Source: Verrucomicrobiia bacterium
GTDB lineage: Bacteria > Verrucomicrobiota > Verrucomicrobiia > Limisphaerales > UBA11358
Direction of reading: 5' to 3'
Length of the DNA stretch: 64,000 nucleotides
Assembly: GCA_030038175.1 (NCBI GenBank)
Contig: JASHPN010000162.1
Span: 2,111 to 66,110, forward strand
Both the position numbers and the translations under genes were made by a program. Under the pieces are notes generated by a model, which worked only from the letters and a program-made list of their open reading frames with translations, made no database searches and was not told the DNA's origin. This document shows, piece after piece, positions 18,445 to 27,416 of this stretch. Numbering within the stretch: position 1 is the first letter of the stretch; each line of letters opens with the position of its first letter.

Positions 18445-19575
18445 TCAATTCTCACCGTGCCTGAGTATTTTTGAAACGGTGCGAACGAGGGTTTCCATTT
18501 CCGCCCGCGTCCCAATCGTAATCCGCAAATAACGGCTCACCTCCGGCGATGAAAACCAACGGACGAGAATTTTTTGATCGCGCAGTTTTTGCAGCCAATC
18601 TTTGGCGGTGAAGCGCGGCGGCTGGGCGAGGATGAAATTGGTTTGGCTGGGAAAGACGCGAAAGCCCAGAAGGCTCAGTTCGCGCGAAAGCCATTCGCGG
18701 GTCTCAATGATGCGTTTGAAGTTGGCGCGATAGAATGCCAGATCGTCCAGCGTGGCTTCGGCGGCGATTTGGCCCAGGCCGTTGACGTTGTAACTGTCGC
18801 GGATTTTGTGCAGGGCGGCGATGAGGCCGGCATTTCCAACAAAATAACCGACGCGCTGGAAGCAAAGGGAATAGGCCTTTGAGAACGTGCGAGCGACGAG
18901 AACATGCGGGAATTTTAGCCCCAACTTCAGCGCGTTTTCATTGGCGAAATCCACGTAGGCTTCGTCGAGAACGACGACCCCGCGTTGCGCGCGGCAGAGT
19001 TTTTCCAGATCAGAAGCCCGGTAACCGCAACCACTGGGCGCATTGGGCGTGGTGAGGAAGGTGAGCGCGGCGTTGAAGTTCCAGGTTTTGGCCCGTTTCA
19101 AATCGGCAAGCGCCGGCAAGCGAAAATCCGGCCTGAGCGGCACGGGATTTTTCGCGGCGCCATGGATATCGGCCAGGACGGGATAGAGCGAATAACTCGG
19201 GACAAAATATTGGACGGTGGCCTTCCCGAGTTTTGAGTTTTGAGTTTTGAGTTTTGAATTTGGTTGGGGCTCCACGAAGCAGCGGACGGCGAGCGCGAGC
19301 AATTCGTCCGAGCCGTTGCCGATGATAATGTTGTCCGGTTCGCAGCGGTGCAGCTTTGCGAGTTTTTCCCGCAGTAGTTGCGCCGTGGGATTGGGATAGA
19401 GGCGAAGCCGGCCGTCCATGGCGGATTGGACTGCGCGCAACACTTTGGGTGACGGCGGAAAGGGGTTCTCATTCGTGTTGAGTTTGACCAGCCCTTTGAT
19501 CTTTGGCTGTTCGCCATAGACGTAAGGGTGCAACTCGCGGACGAGCGGGCGGATGAGAGATGAAGGGCGTTTCAT
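18445..19575 (-). CDS. hisC: Histidinol-phosphate aminotransferase
   Basis: LNTNENPFPPSP, GNGSDELL, and the PLP-lysine motif ARTFSKAYSLCFQRVGY. It lies directly downstream of hisD. Confidence 0.9.
   Translation of the reverse strand: MKRPSSLIRPLVRELHPYVYGEQPKIKGLVKLNTNENPFPPSPKVLRAVQSAMDGRLRLYPNPTAQLLREKLAKLHRCEPDNIIIGNGSDELLALAVRCFVEPQPNSKLKTQNSKLGKATVQYFVPSYSLYPVLADIHGAAKNPVPLRPDFRLPALADLKRAKTWNFNAALTFLTTPNAPSGCGYRASDLEKLCRAQRGVVVLDEAYVDFANENALKLGLKFPHVLVARTFSKAYSLCFQRVGYFVGNAGLIAALHKIRDSYNVNGLGQIAAEATLDDLAFYRANFKRIIETREWLSRELSLLGFRVFPSQTNFILAQPPRFTAKDWLQKLRDQKILVRWFSSPEVSRYLRITIGTRAEMETLVRTVSKILRHGEN
19228..19262. repeat. Heptanucleotide microsatellite (gagtttt x4 plus one degenerate unit) inside hisC
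   Basis: gagttttgagttttgagttttgagttttgaatttg. On the coding strand it is read as ...PNSKLKTQNSKLG.... Confidence 0.85.
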
Positions 19576-19815
19576 GGATAGTGGAAAGATTCAGGCCAAA
19601 GGCCCGACCCATAGGAAATGGAGCAAAAAATTTCCTCGCCCAGAAAGGGCAGGCCAAACCAAGAAGAATTTCCACCTATCCTTTTGGCGCGCCCTTACAG
19701 GGCGCATGTTCTCGACACGGCGAGTCCGAGGGCGTTGCCCTCGGCTACTATGGCATTGCGCTTTCAGCGCGGTTGCATTCCTATCTTCGGTGGTTGTCAC
19801 AAAATCCAGGAAATT

Positions 19816-21108
19816 CTATTTCTTTCTGATGGCAGCGCTTTGTCCATGCGCATCCAGACCTTCCAGTTCGGCGAATTTCTTCACGGCGGGCAGCGCTCTT
19901 TTGAGCGCGGCGCGGTCGTACTCGACGACGCTGGTGCGGCGCTGGAATTGGTCCACGGTCAGGCCGGCAAAGGACGCGCCGGCGCCGCCGGTGGGCAGCG
20001 TGTGACTGGGACCGGCCACGTAATCGCCCAGGACGGTCGGAGAATATGGACCCAGAAAGATCGCGCCGGCGGTCAGGATTTTTTCGGATACTTTTCGCGC
20101 GTTGCGCGTCATGATTTCGCAATGTTCAGGCGCGAGGTCATTGGCGAGCGCAACAGCGTCGTCCAGCGTTTTGGTTTGGATGAGCCAGCCAGATCGGTCG
20201 AGGCTATTCTGAGCCATGTCGCGGCGGCCGAGTTTGGGCAATTGTTTGGCAATCTCGCTCTCAACGGCCCGGAGAAGTTTTGCCGAGGTGGTCACGAGCC
20301 ACACATGATGTGATTCAAAACTGTGTTCCGCCTGGGCCAGCAGGTCGGCGGCAACAAATTTCGGATTGGCGGTTTCATCGGCGACGATGAGCACTTCGCT
20401 GGGGCCGGGCAGGGAGTCAATGGCCACGCGGCCAAAAAGCAATCGCTTGGCAGTCACGACATAGGCGTTGCCCGGGCCAAAAATCTTCTGCACGCGGCGG
20501 ATGGTTTTTGTCCCGTAGGCCATCGCGGCAATCGCTTGCGCGCCGCCAACTCGATAGATCTCCGTGGTGCCGGCGGCGCGGACGGCGAACAGCAGGGCGG
20601 GATTGATGCCGCCATCTTTTCCGCAGGGCGTGCAAACGACAATGTCCCGGCAACCGGCTGCCCTGGCCAGTGTCACCGTCATCAGCGCCGTGGACACGAG
20701 CGGCGCGGTGCCGCCGGGAATGTAAACGCCCACGCGCTGAAAGGGATCAAATTTTTCGCCGACGCGCGCGCCATGGGAATTTTTGGACTGCCAATTGTGG
20801 CGGAGGGATCTTTTGGCAAACGCGGCAATATTGTGTTCCGCTTCCGCAACGGCGGCGCGGAGACCATCATCCGCTTTGAGCGATGCAGTCACTAATTCAG
20901 CCTGGGTGACCGCAAGCTGGCCGGCGGCAAGCCTGGCTCCGTCGAATTTTTCCGTAAATTCCAAAAGCGCGTCATCGCCGCGAATAAAGACTTCGTGCAG
21001 GATTTGGCGCGTGCGATGTTCGATCTCTTCATCAAACAAACTCGAAGCCGCCGAGGCTTCGCGAACTTTTTCCGAAAAGTTCCGGTCAGTATAGCGGATA
21101 ATGCGCAT
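19816..21108 (-). CDS. hisD: Histidinol dehydrogenase
   Basis: GPGNAYVVTAKRLLFGRVAIDSLPGPSEVLIVADE, DLLAQAEH, YVAGPSHTLPTGG. I prefer the ATG at 21108 (MRIIRY...) to the upstream start at 21144. Confidence 0.9.
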   Translation of the reverse strand: MRIIRYTDRNFSEKVREASAASSLFDEEIEHRTRQILHEVFIRGDDALLEFTEKFDGARLAAGQLAVTQAELVTASLKADDGLRAAVAEAEHNIAAFAKRSLRHNWQSKNSHGARVGEKFDPFQRVGVYIPGGTAPLVSTALMTVTLARAAGCRDIVVCTPCGKDGGINPALLFAVRAAGTTEIYRVGGAQAIAAMAYGTKTIRRVQKIFGPGNAYVVTAKRLLFGRVAIDSLPGPSEVLIVADETANPKFVAADLLAQAEHSFESHHVWLVTTSAKLLRAVESEIAKQLPKLGRRDMAQNSLDRSGWLIQTKTLDDAVALANDLAPEHCEIMTRNARKVSEKILTAGAIFLGPYSPTVLGDYVAGPSHTLPTGGAGASFAGLTVDQFQRRTSVVEYDRAALKRALPAVKKFAELEGLDAHGQSAAIRKK

Positions 21109-21221
21109 TGGCCACAGGGTAGGAAATACGGCAGGCGAAGTCAAAAACGGGCGGGTGGCTTAACGCAAGGGCGCAAAGACAGAATTCATGTCCGGACGAT
21201 CTTTCCTCTCTATGAACCGGG

Positions 21222-21316
21222 CGGAGCGCGGCTGTGTCGGAGACCCGCCGCTGCACACCCGACTTTTCAACACGCTGCGGCTGGCGCCCCCTTTACCCCC
21301 ACACAGCCGCGCTCCG
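21222..21316. repeat. Palindromic intergenic repeat, family A (best-preserved copy)
   Basis: Perfect 16-bp inverted repeat cggagcgcggctgtgt (21222-21237) / acacagccgcgctccg (21301-21316), 63 bp apart, with core ctgcggctgg. Flanked by ttcatg...tctatgaaccgg direct repeats at 21185-21220 and 21327-21368. Confidence 0.8.
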
Positions 21317-21463
21317 GGCGCCCAAGTTCATGGCCCAAAGAATCGGAAGAGGACTTTCTATGAACCGGCGGCGTTTTCGTTTGAACGGCTCTCCCTCATC
21401 CGCCGTCGCCTAGCTATGGCGGGACAGGCCCCTGCCCTCTCCCACTGCAATGCGATGAAAGAT

Positions 21464-22906
21464 CTAATTCGCTGAAATCTTTACAATGGCGGCGGAGGCG
21501 GGCGGGACAGCCAGGACGAATTGGCCGTTTTTATTTGGATGCACAGATGTCCACGTGCCGTTCCATGAGCCGTTATTGCCAATCTCAGCGCCGCCGAGAG
21601 TGACGCCAGTTTTGCTGTCGAGTGTTCCGGTGAGAGACATGACTTCGGCGCTTTTCGCCGGCACATCCGGTACAATTGTCACAGTCGCGGCGCGGGCGGC
21701 CTGGTTGTATTCCTTGTTGATTATCGTCACGAGACATTTATCCGCGTTGCGGACTGCATAGGCGGTCAGATTGAGATTATCGGGATTGGAGATTGTTAGC
21801 GGCGCCACGTTGCCGTGGCTGCCCAAATCGAATGCCTTGATGCCGTAGGCCTTTGGGTTGATGTGACATATTCCGTCGCTGTCCAAATAAACAGTATCGG
21901 TGCGCAACCATTCGTTATTGTGAAAATTGACGCCGGCGCAGCCGTGTTCGGCCCACCAATGCATATAGTCCAAAGCCCAAAGCGCGGACGCAAAGGCGTT
22001 GCTCGCGCCATTTACGCCGCTCAGGTAATCGTTGCACTCGGTCAATCGGTAAGGCAACCCATCGGCAAGGACAGGCGCCAAAGCGTGACCGTATAACGCC
22101 GGATATTCCACGGAAACCCAGCGCGGCGAGAGCATCGCGTTGATGGCGTCCGACATGGAAACATTTTTTGCCTGCCCGCCTGGGTAATCATGTTGACAGA
22201 CGGCACCGATGAGACCGGAAGTTTTTTCATCATCGGCGAAAAGTTGTGTCCAAGATTTGCCCTGGTAATCGGTCTCGCCGGCGCCCTGGACGGGGTAATC
22301 AGAGCCGGTGTCCGGCCCGGCGAATTTCGCCTCGGGCGCCGCCGCGCGGATGACGGTGGCGAAATTTCTCCAGTCAGCGAGGTAGGTGGGATAATTGGTG
22401 ATTCTGGGATCCATGCGATGATACGAACGCCAGTCGGGTTCATTGCCGATGGCAAAACAGTCCAGTTGCGAACGATGTTGCTGCCAGATGTATTTTGCCA
22501 AAGAAGCGTCCACCTGGGGATCGCCGCGAAGCAATCGGAAGGAAAAGATGACCTTCACATTGGCGTCTTTGGCGAAAGCAAAAAGCTGGTCCATGTCGGC
22601 CGGGCCGGGAAGGGGCCGCTTGCTCTTATCCACCGTGCCGCCGCCCACGCGCAGGTTCCTGATTCCCAAGGTCTTAAAAAAACTGATGAGCGGCCGGTTT
22701 GTGGGGCTGAAAAAGTAAAAGGGTTCGTGGCGCGGAATTTTATTTGGATTGGCCAAAATGACGGACGTTTCGAAACTGAGTCCAATAAAATCGTCCGGAA
22801 TGGCGTAACCAGACGCGTTTGAAATAGTCACTGTTACCGGGGAAGCGGCATACAAGGTGGTTGAGACGAGAAAGACGGCGCAAGCAATAAGAAGAAAACG
22901 TTTCAG
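21464..22906 (-). CDS. Secreted glycoside hydrolase, GH79-like (clan GH-A); 5' end uncertain
   Basis: Signal-like KRFLLIACAVFLVSTTLYAASP, FIGLSFETS, LRVGGGTVD, FAIGNEPDW (candidate acid/base Glu), YRLTECNDY (candidate nucleophile Glu). The 632-aa track ORF extends upstream across a repeat and into pyrF, which I consider spurious. The nearest in-frame codon before the signal peptide is a CTG at 22906. Confidence 0.6.
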   Translation of the reverse strand: MKRFLLIACAVFLVSTTLYAASPVTVTISNASGYAIPDDFIGLSFETSVILANPNKIPRHEPFYFFSPTNRPLISFFKTLGIRNLRVGGGTVDKSKRPLPGPADMDQLFAFAKDANVKVIFSFRLLRGDPQVDASLAKYIWQQHRSQLDCFAIGNEPDWRSYHRMDPRITNYPTYLADWRNFATVIRAAAPEAKFAGPDTGSDYPVQGAGETDYQGKSWTQLFADDEKTSGLIGAVCQHDYPGGQAKNVSMSDAINAMLSPRWVSVEYPALYGHALAPVLADGLPYRLTECNDYLSGVNGASNAFASALWALDYMHWWAEHGCAGVNFHNNEWLRTDTVYLDSDGICHINPKAYGIKAFDLGSHGNVAPLTISNPDNLNLTAYAVRNADKCLVTIINKEYNQAARAATVTIVPDVPAKSAEVMSLTGTLDSKTGVTLGGAEIGNNGSWNGTWTSVHPNKNGQFVLAVPPASAAIVKISAN

Positions 22907-22956
22907 GAGAAAGAGGGTCCTGAAGCGCGGTAAACAAGAGACGTCGCTTGCGTCAT

Positions 22957-23073
22957 GGAGTGCGGCGGCTGAGACGCCGCTTTCGGACGCGATTGTTGTT
23001 CCGAAGACACATTGAATCTCGAAGGCTAACCCGCCTCGAAAGCGGCGTCGCGCTGTGCTTGCCGCCGCACTCC
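22957..23073. repeat. 117-bp inverted-repeat element between the GH79-like gene and pyrF
   Basis: Perfect 13-bp arms: ggagtgcggcggc (22957-22969) and gccgccgcactcc (23061-23073). Confidence 0.7.
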
Positions 23074-23173
23074 AAGACCGTGCGGCGGTTTGTACGGTTC
23101 GGATCGTTTTTGGCGCACTCCCAAATGTCAGACTGACTTGTCGCAAGACGGCATTTTGGCGTAGATTGTTTTC

Positions 23174-23878
23174 ATGCGCAATCCAATCATTGTTGCCCTC
23201 GACGCGCCAACCGCGGACGCCGCCCTGGAAATGGCGGCGCAATTGGCTCCGGTCTGCGGCGGGTTCAAGATCGGCAGCGAGCTGTTTACTGCCGCCGGGC
23301 CGGACATCGTCAAAAGAATCCGCGCGCGCGGTTCCTTCGTCTTTCTCGATTTGAAATATCACGACATTCCCAACACGGTGGCCAAGGCGGTGTCAGTGGC
23401 CGTGGGCCTGGATGTGCAGATGCTCACCGTCCACGCGGGCGGCGGCACGGAAATGCTCCGGGCCGCCGAAAAGGCCGCCGAAGAAACCGCCTACAAAATG
23501 GGCCGGGTGCCTCCGCTGGTGCTGGGCGTAACGATATTGACGAGCCTGGACGCCGGCGCATTGCGCGAGGTGGGCCTGGACGTGAATGTCGAATACCAGG
23601 TGCGCCGCCTGGCGAACGTGGCCGTGAAAGCCGGCCTGCGCGGATTGGTTTGTTCGCCGCTGGAAATCGCGGCTTTGCGCAAAACGGTTCCGGCGCAGGT
23701 GCAACTGGTGGTTCCCGGCATCCGCACCGGCGCCGAGAAAGCCGACGACCAAAAACGCACGATGACGCCGCGCGAGGCCATCGCCGCCGGGGCCAACTGG
23801 CTGGTGATCGGCCGGCCAATTTGCGCCGCGGAAAATCCGCGCGCTGCGGCGGAGAAAATTCTGGAAACGCTGAACTAA
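23174..23878 (+). CDS. pyrF: Orotidine-5'-phosphate decarboxylase
   Basis: IIVALDAPT, FKIGSELF, FLDLKYHDIPNTV, LVIGRPI. Confidence 0.9.
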   Translation: MRNPIIVALDAPTADAALEMAAQLAPVCGGFKIGSELFTAAGPDIVKRIRARGSFVFLDLKYHDIPNTVAKAVSVAVGLDVQMLTVHAGGGTEMLRAAEKAAEETAYKMGRVPPLVLGVTILTSLDAGALREVGLDVNVEYQVRRLANVAVKAGLRGLVCSPLEIAALRKTVPAQVQLVVPGIRTGAEKADDQKRTMTPREAIAAGANWLVIGRPICAAENPRAAAEKILETLN

Positions 23879-23933
23879 ACGCAAAGACGCGAAGCGGCAA
23901 AGGGCGCAAAGAGCTGGAAATGCTGGTATCTCA

Positions 23934-25055
23934 TCACGGTTTGGGAAAAAAGTTCCGTGGCGGTCTTACTTCCTGCCCAGGATCTTTTTGGCTGAGAACG
24001 ACCTCGTTCGTCGTTTTGTAAGCGACTTCAATGCCGGCCTGGTCATGAAAGGCCTTTTCCAGCAGGTGAATAGCTTCCAAATTCGTCAGGTTCGTCGCAT
24101 GAATTTTTAACGGGGCCCGAACGGATCTAACGGACTTGGCGGCGTCCACCTTGATGCGTGCCGCAATACACAACTGGTCGTAAATATCCAAGGCCTGATT
24201 AAAGGCAACCCCGTTAAAATCGATTGTCCCGCCACGAACTGCGCTATTTGATTGCGAAGGAGAAATGACATGGCGCTCCAGCAGCATTTGATGAGTAACA
24301 ACGAGAGAGGCGGCTACTCCCGCAATCGCCAGAACTCCGAGGCCGATTTTCAATTGGGTTGCGGACATGATTTTTGCCAGTGAGAAGATTGTTCCTGTCT
24401 TTGCGGCGGCCAGTGAACCATGCGCCAGGGTCGCGGCGAGATCGGCGGGCACGGCTTGCACGGCGTTCGCAGGAATTACGGTTGAAAGCGCCGCGGCGGT
24501 TGTCGTGACTCCGCGGCGTTGCAGGATGGCGCGGAGTTTTTCCAATCCGCGCGCGATTCGCTTTCGCGCCGCGTCTTCCGTGCTGCCGAAAGCTGCCCCA
24601 ATTTGGGCGAGGCTTTGTTGTTCGAAGAAACGCAGCAGCAGAATGTCGCGATCGGTTTTATTCAAATGATCGAGCGCTTCGTCCAGCAGTGGTCGAATCT
24701 CCCGCCATTCGCCATATTCAGGTTCCGGTGTGATTATATTCATGGAAACGGCCTGTTGTTCGCGCATTTTCCGGCGTTGCTCGCCCCGCAGGACCTGCCG
24801 GGCGGCAAAAATCGTTGCTCGATGGAGCCAACCCGGAAGGACCACATTTTCTGACAGAGCGGGCGCCTTGCGGGCGAGATCAGTGAAAACCAATTGAGCC
24901 ACGTCCTGTGACAGGTGAGTGTCGCCCGCGGTTTGCCGGAGGGCCGCGGAATACACGAGCGGCAAATAACGCGAGACAATTTCGGCGAACGCCGACTCGG
25001 AGCCGTCAGTCGCAAAACGTCGCATAAGCTGGTAATCTTCAGACATCGTTTTCAT
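23934..25055 (-). CDS. ECF-type RNA polymerase sigma factor fused to a TM segment and C-terminal extracytoplasmic domain
   Basis: Region 2 is FAEIVSRYLPLVYSAALR...DVAQLVFTDLARKA. Region 4 is DRDILLLRFFEQQSLAQIGAAFGSTEDAARKRIARGLEKLR. The TM segment LKIGLGVLAIAGVAASLVV follows, then about 120 more residues. Confidence 0.8.
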   Translation of the reverse strand: MKTMSEDYQLMRRFATDGSESAFAEIVSRYLPLVYSAALRQTAGDTHLSQDVAQLVFTDLARKAPALSENVVLPGWLHRATIFAARQVLRGEQRRKMREQQAVSMNIITPEPEYGEWREIRPLLDEALDHLNKTDRDILLLRFFEQQSLAQIGAAFGSTEDAARKRIARGLEKLRAILQRRGVTTTAAALSTVIPANAVQAVPADLAATLAHGSLAAAKTGTIFSLAKIMSATQLKIGLGVLAIAGVAASLVVTHQMLLERHVISPSQSNSAVRGGTIDFNGVAFNQALDIYDQLCIAARIKVDAAKSVRSVRAPLKIHATNLTNLEAIHLLEKAFHDQAGIEVAYKTTNEVVLSQKDPGQEVRPPRNFFPKP

Positions 25056-25171
25056 CTATACAGCCAGCGAACCCAAATTACGGACAAAAAAATAAAATTT
25101 TTATAATTAATACATCTTTCCCATTGATCCCTGGTATTGACTCTGGGGTATTTTAGTAGGATAATCCCACT

Positions 25172-25399
25172 ATGACGGTGATCGCTGACAACAAAAAACG
25201 GGTGACTTTGCCAACCAGACCCGGCGAACGTTTCGACCTGCAGGTTCACGGAGAAGACAAATTCATTCTGACGCGGCTGGTTCCGGTTGAATCCAAAGAA
25301 ACGGTTCGGCTCGTGAGGAAAAATGGCTACACGGTCGCTGTCGGGCGCCGTCCAATCTCACAGGGCGAAGTCAGGAAATATTTGGACGAGTTTCCGTGA
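25172..25399 (+). CDS. AbrB/SpoVT-type antitoxin (VapB-like)
   Basis: 75 aa beginning MTVIADNKKRVTLPTRPGERFDL (looped-hinge-helix-type N-terminus). Its stop overlaps the next gene's start by 4 nt (GTGA). Confidence 0.7.
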   Translation: MTVIADNKKRVTLPTRPGERFDLQVHGEDKFILTRLVPVESKETVRLVRKNGYTVAVGRRPISQGEVRKYLDEFP

Positions 25400-25785
25400 G
25401 CGCACAGTATCTTTTGGATGTTTCCACATTAATAGCGCTGCTTTGGGATTTGCATGAGCATAACCAACGCGCCACGCGATGGCAGGATACGGCGGGGACA
25501 CTGGCTGTTTGCCCGATCACTGAAATTGGCTTTTTACGCATTTCAACCCAACCTGCATTCGGCGCGACCGTCAAGCAGGCGCGGAAAGTATTGGAAGACT
25601 GGAAGGCAGTGAAAAATCCCGTTTTCATTCCGTGTGATCTTGAAATTCTCAAGACGCCTGCGCCGCCGGCCGGGACAAAAACAACCGATTTTTATCTCGC
25701 CAGCCTTGCCGAACACTATGGAATGAAGCTGGCGACCCTTGATAATAGCATGGGACATCCTGCCGCATTCGTCATACCTGTTTGA
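25396..25785 (+). CDS. PIN-domain toxin (VapC-like)
   Basis: 129 aa. YLLDVSTLIALLW carries the first acidic PIN residue. CPITEIGFLR and LATLD provide further acidic positions. It is translationally coupled to the upstream antitoxin. Confidence 0.75.
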   Translation: MSAQYLLDVSTLIALLWDLHEHNQRATRWQDTAGTLAVCPITEIGFLRISTQPAFGATVKQARKVLEDWKAVKNPVFIPCDLEILKTPAPPAGTKTTDFYLASLAEHYGMKLATLDNSMGHPAAFVIPV

Positions 25786-25824
25786 TCCGGAAGATACCTA
25801 CGGGGAGAGCATGAGACAAAATTC

Positions 25825-26003
25825 GGAGGTACGGCGTGTCGGAGACCAGCAGCACCTTACCAGCCCAAAGACTTGCCCAGGGCTGCGGCTCATTGCGTAG
25901 GGGATGTTGCTGCGGCTGGCGTCAGCACCCTCCTTCGCCAAAGGCTATCCCGATAATATGCATCGGGAGTTGCAGCGGCGGGGCAGACAGCCGCGCTGCT
26001 TCC
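25825..26003. repeat. Palindromic intergenic repeat, family A (long, diverged copy)
   Basis: Left arm ggaggtacggcgtgtcggagacc, core gctgcggctggcg, right arm acagccgcgctgcttcc. It forms the spurious N-terminal extension of the pgk ORF in the track. Confidence 0.6.
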
Positions 26004-26069
26004 AGAAATCAGCTCTCAAAAAAGCTGGCGCAGCATGGTGAAAGCAGGTTAGACTTCCTTTCTTTGATT

Positions 26070-27323
26070 ATGGCAAAATTAACGGTTCGAGATTTGGATG
26101 TCCGGGGCAAGCGCGTGTTTATGCGCGTGGATTATAATGTTCCGATGGAGGAAAAAGACGGGCAGATGGCGATTACCGATACCACCCGCATTGTGGAAAC
26201 GCTGCCGACCCTTAAACTATTGATCGAGAAGGGGGCACGCATCATTTTGGCGGCGCACCTGGGCCGCCCCAAGGGCAAGCGCGAGGCGACGATGTCACTG
26301 CGCCCGGTCGGTTTCAAATTGCACGAGCTTCTCGGGGTGCCGGTCGAATTTGCCGATGATTGCATTGGTGCGCATGCTGAAAAAATCAAATCATCGTTGA
26401 AGGACGGGCAGGTTGCGCTTCTCGAAAATGTTCGTTATTACAACGAAGAAGAGGCCAATGATCCGGCATTTGCGGAAAAGCTGGCGCAAAACGTGGACCT
26501 CTACGTGAACGACGCTTTTGGCGCGGCGCACCGTGCGCACGCTTCGACCGAAGGCGTGGCGCGTGTCATCGCCAAACGCGGCGGCAAATGCGCAGCCGGT
26601 TTGTTAATGGAACGCGAACTGAAATTCCTGGGAGACGAATTGGAAAATCCGGCCCGGCCGTTTGTGGTCATCCTGGGCGGCGCGAAAGTTTCGGATAAAA
26701 TCAAAGTCATTGACCGGTTGCTCGAAAAGGCCAATACGATATTGATCGGCGGCGCGATGGCTTACACTTTCAAGCTGGCGCACGGCGAAAAGGTGGGCAA
26801 ATCGCTCGTGGAACCGGATCACAAGCAAACGGCACTGAATGCGGAAGCCAAAGCCAAAAAGCTGGGCGTGAATTTTCAACTGCCGACGGACGTTATAGTC
26901 GCCACAGCGGTCAACACCGGCAAACTGAACAAAAAGGGCAAGCCGGTGATGGATTTTACCAATATTCATACGGTAAAAGGCAGCATTCCCGACGATGCGG
27001 AGGGTTTCAGCATCGGCGAGGAGACGGCGCGTCATTACGCCAATATTATTGCCGGGGCGAAGACGATTTTATGGAATGGGCCGATGGGCATGTTTGAAGA
27101 CGCGCGCTTTGCGGCCGGCACCAACACCGTGGCCCAGGCGGTTGCCGAGGCGACGCAAAAGCACGGCGCCAAAAGCATTATTGGCGGCGGCGACAGCGTG
27201 AAGGCGTTGAACAAGGCCAAACTGGGCGATAAAGTAACCTTCATGAGCACCGGCGGCGGCGCCAGCCTGGAATTTTTGGAAGGCGCAGTCCTGCCCGGCG
27301 TGGCGGCGTTATCCGACAAATAA
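26070..27323 (+). CDS. pgk: Phosphoglycerate kinase
   Basis: MAKLTVRDLDVRGKRVFMRVDYNVPM, ILAAHLGRPKG, LLENVRYYNEEE, WNGPMGMFE, STGGGASLEFLEG. ATG at 26070. Confidence 0.95.
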   Translation: MAKLTVRDLDVRGKRVFMRVDYNVPMEEKDGQMAITDTTRIVETLPTLKLLIEKGARIILAAHLGRPKGKREATMSLRPVGFKLHELLGVPVEFADDCIGAHAEKIKSSLKDGQVALLENVRYYNEEEANDPAFAEKLAQNVDLYVNDAFGAAHRAHASTEGVARVIAKRGGKCAAGLLMERELKFLGDELENPARPFVVILGGAKVSDKIKVIDRLLEKANTILIGGAMAYTFKLAHGEKVGKSLVEPDHKQTALNAEAKAKKLGVNFQLPTDVIVATAVNTGKLNKKGKPVMDFTNIHTVKGSIPDDAEGFSIGEETARHYANIIAGAKTILWNGPMGMFEDARFAAGTNTVAQAVAEATQKHGAKSIIGGGDSVKALNKAKLGDKVTFMSTGGGASLEFLEGAVLPGVAALSDK

Positions 27324-27416
27324 TTTGACCTGAAATATTTAGCGCAAGGGCGCAACTTTACCGTCTCTCTAACCGAGGATCGAAAAATCAAGAACGAGAA
27401 CGAGGATGATTGGAAA

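Noticed and set aside
19618-20895. 231-aa and 190-aa plus-strand ORFs over hisD.
   Set aside because: They are antisense to hisD, which has canonical motifs. The 5' part of the first ORF is repeat sequence from the hisC-hisD spacer.
25836-26069. N-terminal extensions of pgk, and likewise 28393-28635 for the substrate-binding protein, 50889-51002 for the hydrolase and 22907-23362 for the GH79-like gene.
   Set aside because: The extensions cross repeat elements or overlap well-supported neighbouring genes. Internal starts give proper N-termini or signal peptides.
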